NCBI GenBank assembly: GCA_003344405.1
Contig: NOWV01000273.1
Coordinates: 52,357-72,356 of the forward strand
From: Trichoplax sp. H2
Lineage: Eukaryota
DNA length: 20,000 nucleotides
Direction of reading: 5' to 3'
The translations under genes were made by a program, and so were the position numbers. Shown piece after piece: positions 11,500 to 20,000 of the stretch; position 1 is the stretch's first letter, and each line of letters opens with the position of its first letter. A model generated the notes under the pieces. That model was not told the DNA's origin and ran no database searches. It saw nothing but the letters and a program-made list of their open reading frames with translations.

Positions 11500-11735
11500 G
11501 AATTCGTTTTTCTAATTGTATTTCTTACACTTCAACGTACCCAAAAGTTTGCCAATATGACACCATCTTATTACAACTATATCAGTATTAGTAATACAAT
11601 AAAGTTGTATGAGTACGAATTCTAGAAAAATTCATTTTTCTAATCGTGTTTCTTACACCTAATGTGCCCTAAGTTTGCCAATATGTCACCATTTTATTTG
11701 AACTGTAGCAATAGAAAAGCTAAAAATAAAGTTGA
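11500..11735. repeat. Degenerate direct repeat of about 105-130 bp, with older related copies at about 10940-11240
   Basis: TTTTTCTAAT.GT.TTTCTTACAC...AAGTTTGCCAATATG.CACCAT.TTATT...AATAAAGTTG occurs at about 11507-11607 and 11635-11734. CGCTG.ATTTGAATTC.TTTT occurs at 11141 and 11490, and AATAAAGTTG also at about 11049. Confidence 0.75.
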
Positions 11736-13033
11736 GAAACACTCAGTTAGTGAAGCTAATGAATTTATAATTTAAAACAATTCATCTATTTCAATTCTAT
11801 AAGGAAAGAAATTCTGATACAATGCTAAATGTTACAAGATTGTTAAATAGCTAATGATGCAAGTCTAAAGGAGAAACTGCTCTTACGATGGTAATTTGTC
11901 CATGATTTCTTATTGCATGTTTCAAATTATAAGGACTATTTGCATGATTTGAAATATGATATGTCAAATATTATTCAGAAAATAAGTAGCGCTCCTAACT
12001 TCCAATTGAAGCGAGAAGTCAATGAACGCTTGTTTCTGAAATCGTTCAACTCTTGTACCCATTATAATTAATTATTAGGCCTTAGACACTTAAGAAGCCG
12101 AAAAAGTCCTCAGTAACTAGCAAACATGTCTGCTCAAGTACCGGGATACTAGCATGAAACATAAGTCGAAATCGATCTTATTAGGAAGTAAATTTAAAAC
12201 CGTACTACATAAAATGATTTAATAAGGATGCGATGCTGAATCACTCTGAAGTAAGCTGAGATCGATAATTAAAATCTTAATATGGAGCTAATAATCGATC
12301 TTCAGTCATCGCCTAATTTAGGCACCAGTACGTACTGGAAGTAACTGTAGACATGAGCCAAATCTTTCATACTAATCCGAAAGACTTTCATCCTGCTTTA
12401 AATTGGATCTTCATATCACTATTAGATATTTCCAATTGTGCAAAGGTCGTGGTTAATTTTAATCATGGTCTGCATTTGCATATTTAATTTAAATTATTAT
12501 AGCTTCATCAATTTTTAAAATAGGATAAATGGACTTGCAATTATGGTTTTCAATAAGGAAATTTCTGACGTTACCGCTAACTTTAGTAAGTGATAGAACC
12601 ATCTTATATACGAGTACATGGTCTGTCAATTAGCTCTAGAAGCTATCACTATGTTAACATTCATTGTGAGCCATAGACTATTTTTAATTAACGATAACAA
12701 TTGCCTCTATTTCACTCATTATAAGGTAACTATTGCTCAATTCGGTTTAAGCTAACAATAGCTTCAATCATGTTTAAACTACTGGCATTGCTCACTATTT
12801 AAATGCAGTAAATCCTAAATAAAAAGAGATTTCTAGTAAGTTTACTAGATGGAGTGTATCAAAGTCCCTCTTGCCAACGTTAACGACTAAGAGTGGAAGC
12901 ACAATGGGTCTTACTAGTATATATTATATTATATACATATACATATGTATAATATGCATTGTACTTGTGCAATGCTCTTAATTTATTCATTAATTTAATA
13001 CAATCCCCCGTGCTTAGCTTCTTATTGATATAC

Positions 13034-13550
13034 TTAATGCTGTAGTAATAAAAATTTTGAAGCTACTTTACTGAGTGCATAGAAGATATTGCTACATTAA
13101 AATAATTGAATACGTTCTAATAATATTTGTAAAGGAAGTGCTTGTATATTTCTATTTAAGTTAATTCTATTTCTATCCGTTTAAATATCACAAGCTATAT
13201 CTTCATATATTATTTTATTGCTTTAATGACTAGCTAATTAAGAATTGCAGAATTTCAACAGCATAGATGCGAAACATAATTTAAGCATATTAATGCTGTA
13301 GTAATAAAAATTTTGAAACTACTGTACTTAATATTAATCGAGTGCACAGAAGATATTGCTAGATTAAAATAATTGAATGCATTCTAATAACATTTGTAAA
13401 GGAACTACTTGCACATTTCTATTTAAGTTAATTCTACTTCTATACATTTAAATATCACGAGTGATATCACTTTACATTATTTTATTGCATTTAATGACCA
13501 GCAAGTTAACAATCGTAGAATTTCAACAGCATAGAAGTGAAACATAATTT
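13034..13550. repeat. Direct tandem duplication of about 250-260 bp (13034-13282 and 13290-13550)
   Basis: Both copies start TTAATGCTGTAGTAATAAAAATTTTGAA, share AGAAGATATTGCTA, TTTCTATTTAAGTTAATTCTA and AGAATTTCAACAGCATAGA, and end GAAACATAATTT. Confidence 0.95.
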
Positions 13551-14061
13551 CAATGTAGTCGCTGGCCTGCTGATAGTGTTTCCTGCGAGTTTATTGGCGT
13601 AACTTAACCAATTAAAGCAATTTAGCGATAATAAAATTTCATGTTATAGTCATGTTGTAATTATAAAACGATCGATAGCCTAAGCAGTAATTTAGATCGC
13701 TACTCAATATCGATAAAAGCAAATTCTTCACATTAAATACCTTTGTTAACAACTAATTTAATGCTCTTTCGATTATTACTTTAAGTAAGCGTGTATCATA
13801 ACTGCAGGTGCAAAGCCTAGCTAATATATTATTATTAATTTAGTGCTTCGCGTGAGTCCAGTGGCGAAATTTATGGCATCATAATATCAAAGTAGTTTTT
13901 ATGGCATCGTACATTTTCATATAGCATTATATTCTAGTTATTTTAGATGGTTGCCAAATATTGATAGAAATGATTTCCGTATAATCAGTTTCTTAAGTCG
14001 AAGATTATCTTAATACTCTCTCAGTGGCTACTGTCTTGCTACAGTATTAATTTAAGCGATT

Positions 14062-16435
14062 ATGACCGCAAGAAAATCAGGATATTATTTCCCAGAACAC
14101 CATTTGTTCCAGTATGGACTAAAGGTAGCAGAGAGAAATAAGGAGACAGGTATCGTCGAAGCAGTGTTTTGCCGATTCTGTATTCAGTTTGGAAGCGAGA
14201 AAGTGAACGCAAGGCACAAGCAGCAACACGCTTCCTATACCTTTACCAGGCTTTTTTCAACACGCAAGTATGTCCGACATCATAAAGCAAAACATCCTAA
14301 AAGCTGGGCAGAGTATGAGAATGCTAGTGATGCTGAAAAATGTGCTTACTTTGATGGTATTGACCAAACGGATGGTCAATTATCAGAAGCAAGGTAGCAC
14401 ATTTATTAGTCAATAATGATCTATGTTAACATTCGTTATCTATTTTCTATCCATATCAACAAGAGGATTGAATTAAAACTGCTTAATTTTGTAGTAGAGA
14501 GGTGCCGACACGAATCTTGGTCAGTAAATTAATTATTGAAGAAATGATTGTCACCATAGCAAAAGCGACCAGCCGAGATGATAACTATTCCCGTCAAATA
14601 GCAGAAATTTTCCAGCTACTACCATTAGATGGGGAAAGTGATATCCATCAACGTAAATATCGAACAGATATAAGTAATCTAATACGATATCGATTAACCA
14701 TTAGCTATCTCAAATGCCAGTTATCCTTTCATCAGATTGACCAGGTAAGCATTAGCTTGGACATTCGAGGTCAATTTACAAATCCTTTTACCACCCTAGA
14801 AGTTTGAATTTTTCTTCATTTTTTCCCTTCATTTTATTTTAATTATAGATATTATTTGCGACAAAGAATATTACTGGAATTCCTTCTTTAAGAAAAAATA
14901 ATTATAGAAGGAAGGCTGTCAGCCTTGCATATATCATTTGCGCACATAGTTTGCAAATGCTTTCCAATATTATGTCTCGTTCCAGCACATTTACAATGAC
15001 TTTCCACATACCAGTAATAGCCTTGTCAACGACTAAAATCTCATACTTACAAGTTCGAATTGGCTGTTATGGCCATAGCTTTATGTACTCATTTCATACC
15101 ATGATGATACCTCTTAAAGAAATCAAGGATAAATATACTATCTTTGAAATGCTGACGAGAATGTTGAACGCTTTATGCCCACACTGGAGACAAACCTTAG
15201 TCACCATAACTCTAACTAATATGCAAAAACCGATAAATTACATGATTGAAATTATGAACAAGATTAAAAGCGAAATTCAGAGGAAGCCTATTCGTTTGCC
15301 CTATTCGTATTGTGCCCTTAGGTTAAATGAAGCAGCGATCAAATCTTTTCGTGATGTTATTGACAAGAATTTTTATACCGATTATCATAAGCTCCTTTCA
15401 TTTCTGTCGACGGAAGAAGAACTGATAGATGAAATCAACAGCTTACCATTATTATCGCCCAATGCATCATGGCAGAATGTAGAGAAAAACTCCGCTTGGT
15501 TTCATAAAAATTATCTTCCAATTACAAAATGCATCGATGAGAGGAAACTACCTTTTCTACAAATGAGCAAATGGTGGTATATATTCTTGTTTATTCATAA
15601 AATAGTACAACTTGCCAATGAATTCTATGCGTACTTGGAAGAATCAAGTACATCATTAGATCAGCGAAAGCAATTTCTTAGTCAATGTTTCAATACATTT
15701 GTGAAATACTTCAAAGCTACAGGTCCAATGACAGATCAAGATCGAGAATTACTTGATCGCTCAGTAAACATTTTATCTAAAGATGGCAAATTTGCAATAC
15801 GACTTGAACATATGCAGACTATTCTTAATCAACTAGGAATACCTACCTCTGATCTTGCAATCAATATACATCCTGCTGATCGGAGAGCTATGGCCAATAA
15901 ATTTGGTATTTTTGCTGCCACCATGCTAGAAAAAATGTTTGAAACTCATTTTGATATAAATAAGGAGGGTGAAAATATCAACGATGATGCTCACTTTATG
16001 TTACTACCTTATCAGCTAATACAAATTCAAAATTCTGAATTTAAAATTATCGTCCAATCTCAATGCGAAAGCTTAGGACAATGTTTCAGTACTGCCCAAA
16101 TTGATCGGATAGAGCAAGATCATCAACAACTTAAAACGGCTTATCAGCAAGAATCGACTTTAAAAGATGCACTCGATAATTGTAATAATTCTATAACATT
16201 TTATGATGGATGGAGTCTTGTTAGAGATCGATTCCCTTACCTACAGCGCTTTGTAGGCGAATTAGCTCTAGCATTTCCTAATGCAGCAGTGATTAGTACT
16301 GATTGTTTACCATTAAATTGGGAAAAGGAATATCATCATTATGCTAGTTCCCACTTTCTACTGGAAAGTATTCTTCATTCTAAGCAATATGACATTTTGC
16401 AATGTCGAAATGAAGAAATAATGGATTGCTCATAA
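14062..16435 (+). CDS. hAT-like transposase-derived protein, paralogue B; exons 14062-14393, 14495-14744, 14849-16435; 722 aa
   Basis: Introns 14394-14494 (phase 2, AG|gtagca...tttgtag|T) and 14745-14848 (phase 0, CAG|gtaagc...ttatag|ATA) give a 2169 nt stop-free CDS. Exon 3 is open from 14849 (ILFATKNITG...ICAHSLQML), matching A (VLTATTQITG...ICAHSLQML). It has a CRFC...HHKAKH zinc finger and shares the motifs NALCPHWR, IEQDHQQL, LQRF.GE.A and HSKQY with A. Confidence 0.8.
14394..14494 (+). other. Intron 1 of paralogue B (101 nt, phase 2), with a TAGTAG tandem acceptor
   Basis: Donor GTAGCA and acceptor ttaattttgTAG; a second in-frame AG ends at 14497. Confidence 0.72.
14745..14848 (+). other. 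Intron 2 of paralogue B (104 nt, phase 0)
   Basis: Donor CAG|GTAAGC, a long pyrimidine tract at about 14808-14840 and acceptor ttatAG. Confidence 0.88.
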
Positions 16436-17244
16436 GATTTGTATGTGAATTTACGAATGAAATTTAACGCAACATAAGCAGTGTATATTTCATATTATAA
16501 CGGTCCAGTATCTAGTTTCGAGTAAATATATATATATGAACACTTCAAGAAATAACCTACACATGTATTTTACCCAGTTTACACATGGATTACTATTCTA
16601 ATAAGTTGTATGTACGGTATTGATTCCTATGCTGCAAATTTGTGAAATAAATTAGAAATAAATTTCTCAAATTTGTTCACAATGTCTATTAAAATGAATT
16701 CAACTCCACCAAAGAGAAAGGCAACACTTTGTTTTTAAAAAATAATTTTAGGTTGCATGTGTTTGCATATTGGTCAAAGCGATGTAATGCTAATTCATGC
16801 ATAGATTGTAGTTGATAATCTAGCTTTTTAGACATGGATAAGTACTTATATGGTTGTATTAAATTTTACTTTTAGAGAGAGTTTAGCTCTTTAGGAATGA
16901 ACTTCAATTTAGATATACGCCTATTTGTCAACGCAATACCATTATATTTTCCACCATAATATATAGCTTACAAATAACTTTGCAGGGGACTTGTCATTCT
17001 ATAATTTTATGCGATATAGAAAATCTTTTATTCAACAATAGTTATTTACTATTTAATAAATTTGCCAGTAAAGATGTAATTGATTTTGAATTAACTAAAC
17101 CCCACTAATTTTTATGGCGATTGATTTCTATACTCGGCTCATACTATGAAAAGGGTTCGACAAGCTCATATTGGTATCCTATATCCATTTAGCAGTTATT
17201 CTAGTAGCTTTCCTCGGACAGTTTGCATTTAATACAAGTTAAAG

Positions 17245-17391
17245 TATTCGCTAAATTTATATTTTATATTTGGCAGCCAAGGGTTACAATAATGTATGAG
17301 CCTTCATTTGATCATTAGATCTATTTCTTTATCCTACTGCTATTTAAGCGAATGTCGATTATTCCTAAATCCATTAGCACTACATTGCATA
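17245..17391 (-). repeat. Diverged duplicate of 17580-17739, the 3' end of the hATm-like ORF plus its 3' flank
   Basis: TATTCGCTAAATTT.TATTTTATATTT and TTAAGCGAATGTC.ATTATTCCTAAATC..TTAGCACT.CATTGCATA are present in both copies. The copy translates CNVVLMDLGIIDIRL versus CNAVLTDLGIIDIRL. Confidence 0.88.
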
Positions 17392-17647
17392 CTCTAGTAG
17401 CTTTTCCACAGACAGTTTTTTTGAAACAGAAGTCAAGATTGACTAAAGGCAAGCTTCTGTTTATGGGTTATTAACAAGTTAAGCAATAGTAAAAGTAAAT
17501 TGCTAGCTAAAAATACGTATTAGTCACTAAATTAAAAGATATCTGAAGATGCTTCTAACAAAGCTCATTAAGCTTAGCCTATTCGCTAAATTTGTATTTT
17601 ATATTTCGTAGTCAAGTATTACAATATTGTAAGAGCCTTTATTTGGA

Positions 17648-18547
17648 TTATCGGATATATTTTTCAAGCACTTTTTGTACTCTGATACAACTTAAGCGAA
17701 TGTCAATTATTCCTAAATCTGTTAGCACTGCATTGCATATTACAGAAGCTACATGCGGCGATATGTCAAACCGATAAAGAGCAGCCGCTAATCGAGGATA
17801 TTTCAAGAGCTTGTTACATTTTATTCGCGATCGAGTTACTTTGTTGCATCTGCTGCAGTACGTGACATCAGATTCAGAGCTTGGAGAGTCGGTTTTTGAA
17901 CTCTCTCGATTATGCTCTGAGTCAGTAGCGGTAGCAATTATTTTCTTTTTCCACTTTATCTTCTTCTCATCATAGATTTGCTGCATTGGAATCATTTCTC
18001 CCGCATCCTTCGATTCAATAATCATCTTCCTGATTGTATGTTGGTCGATGTAAAATTCCCACTTGGACGGCTGCAAATTTATACTACACCGGCACCCAAC
18101 ATCTCGGAACAGTAATGGATCGATTTCCTTCTTGAAAGATTTCTTCAAACATTTACATCGGCATATATCGAATAATCTGTCATAGGATTGCTTCTTGGAT
18201 GCTATTAGTAGCGTATTGAGTCTTTGACTTGCGTTAATCTTACTAAACGAGCCTAATGCAGCAACTGTTGTTAAAATTTTTCTCTTCACATTCTTCAAAC
18301 ATAGACATGGAATGGAAGCACGATTCCATAAGGAAACTACCTTGTAAGCCAATCTATCCAATATTTCCATTTTGTCCTTCTTTACCAAAAGAAGGCGGTT
18401 ATTTGTCAGTTTAATTTGATTCCTTATATATAAATACGACAGTAGAACTTCTTTCTTAGTAGGAAGTGTCTCTGTTGGTAAGTCAGCTACATCTCCGAGA
18501 ATAAAATGTTGAGTTGCGTCGTTGATTTCAACATTGGAAGAAGCCAT
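17648..18547 (-). CDS. 299 aa protein resembling the N-terminal, non-catalytic region of hATm-like transposases; truncated or domesticated
   Basis: Uninterrupted ATG-to-stop ORF. The motifs LPTKKEVL.YLY, LWNRASIP, LFDICRCKC...C.C, EFYIDQ..RKMII and LAAALYRFDIS...ASVICNAVLTDLGII resemble, from memory, the N-terminal half of invertebrate hATm-type transposases. No DDE domain is visible downstream. The family call needs a database search. Confidence 0.62.
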   Translation of the reverse strand: MASSNVEINDATQHFILGDVADLPTETLPTKKEVLLSYLYIRNQIKLTNNRLLLVKKDKMEILDRLAYKVVSLWNRASIPCLCLKNVKRKILTTVAALGSFSKINASQRLNTLLIASKKQSYDRLFDICRCKCLKKSFKKEIDPLLFRDVGCRCSINLQPSKWEFYIDQHTIRKMIIESKDAGEMIPMQQIYDEKKIKWKKKIIATATDSEHNRESSKTDSPSSESDVTYCSRCNKVTRSRIKCNKLLKYPRLAAALYRFDISPHVASVICNAVLTDLGIIDIRLSCIRVQKVLEKYIR

Positions 18548-20000
18548 AGCTGCTGATAGTACTTACATTGGCACATATAAAATGGATTAGCATGAAATAA
18601 GTATTAGAATGTTGAGTAGCCACCGGTACTGGTATTTCCTAGGCAAAATACGGTATACAGTGGAACGATATCGTAACTCTTTCAAACTAAGATGAAATCA
18701 GGATCCAGGTCGTTGGATCTTAAAGTGCTTCTGATTATTTGGCTCAACTTTAGGAGTGTAAATTGCGATATGTTTCTTTCATAAAAGGAGACTGTGCTGT
18801 GAAATATCCGTGCATTCGTTTTAGCGAATTTAATGTTAATTAGAACTATAAGTATTCATAGTTAATTATTAGTTATTATTTAAGACCAGTAACTGTAGCT
18901 GTTCTCATCGCGTTATATAATCCTATAGCTTCTCTCTTCTTCAGCATTCCTGGTTCCTACTTTAGGCTGTAGAGCAATATCTTCTTACATGCAACCATTT
19001 AGCCTTAAATCTAATAATAGTTTGGATCTTAAATTTGCCAACCAATATTTCCGGATACCAAGACTAACCTATGTATTATCTACCCTGTAATATTGAATAA
19101 TTTTATAATTTACAATTAATTAGCGACCATACTTTGATATTGTGATGGTCCACGAAGTAATTAAAATAAAATTTGCTCTTACAAGGGGGAAAAATTGATC
19201 AAAATAAAATAATTTTATTAATAAAGTGCTGTATTTAATTTATTTATGATAGCTTTGAGCATACGCGCATTTATTAAAACGCAGATACTTTAAATAAAAG
19301 CTATGCACTGTATTTTTATAGACGTGATGAAGTTCGTAGTAACGCAGGTAACAACTTCTAAAAGCGCATCTAGTCAATTTAGCGTTACTTCAATATTCAA
19401 ATACCATTAACCGGTTCTTCATTTAATTGGCCTACTTTAACCGCTCGCGAACTGTTCTTAATTTACGGTTAACCGATTTCCAATCTGATATTTTATGTCC
19501 GCATCATATCGCCTGTCCTTTAAGTTAAGCATCTAAATTGTGAAATATATCACTACAGTACAGTACTTTTATTAAATACCTCGATATTGGTTATTGTAAT
19601 CTCTAGAGGAGAATTACTACCAAACACGATCAGCACTTATTCAGAAATATTATTTCAATTTCTACACAAAATAGAATCATAAAATCATTACTAATTAATG
19701 ACGAGCTTGATTTTATTATCGTAATTGTTTGACTTTGCCAATTATAGTAAAGATTATATTGAAGAAGAAGGAAAATAAACTAGTAGTACGCGGTTGAAAA
19801 TCGAAGATTAAGGCCTTTCAGGGCCATAAGTGTTTGTTACTTAGTCATACTGCCTGGCCGCAATTAGAGATCGCTCATATGTCCAATTCCTCATATCATT
19901 TCAGAGGAGAGAAAATAAATGATTGAGTAGCCCAGTTACACATTACTGTAGATAAACAGTGTTACCGCTTGGCAAATAGATGAAAAATCCTTCATAATTG

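Noticed and set aside
8290..16435. Reading the six ORFs as separate genes, a prokaryotic operon, or frameshifted pseudogenes
   Set aside because: Canonical GT-AG introns at homologous positions join them into two clean CDSs. The track's TTG/GTG starts are artefacts.
1775..17777. Remaining small ORFs (1775, 2179, 3318, 6588, 8354, 8368, 10165, 17592)
   Set aside because: They are short, motif-less, and mostly antisense or out-of-frame shadows of real CDSs.
19407..19475. Clustered TTAACCG motifs, including the inverted pair at 19437 and 19467
   Set aside because: Seven-bp arms are too short to separate from chance, and there is no associated gene or element in the window.

Overview
AT-rich eukaryotic genomic DNA with ~90-105 nt GT-AG introns. 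The style is compatible with a compact early-branching animal genome such as a placozoan, but that is inference only. No prokaryotic operon, rRNA, tRNA or CRISPR array is evident. All four credible genes look derived from DNA transposons and none looks like a complete, active transposase. (1) A Myb/SANT-like plus coiled-coil protein of the kind encoded by PIF/Harbinger elements (2086-2871, -). (2, 3) Two diverged tandem paralogues with three exons each and identical intron positions and phases (8290-10676 and 14062-16435, +). They encode 733 and 722 aa hAT-like proteins with an intact N-terminal CxxC...HxxxxH zinc finger but an eroded DDE/CxxH catalytic apparatus. (4) A 299 aa ORF resembling only the N-terminal, non-catalytic part of a hATm-type transposase (17648-18547, -). 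The intergenic DNA holds several local duplications, a four-copy ~150 bp tandem array and a ~207 nt imperfect fold-back upstream of the first hAT-like gene. The best candidate for a novel system is a cluster of domesticated, probably catalytically dead, transposon-derived DNA-binding genes.
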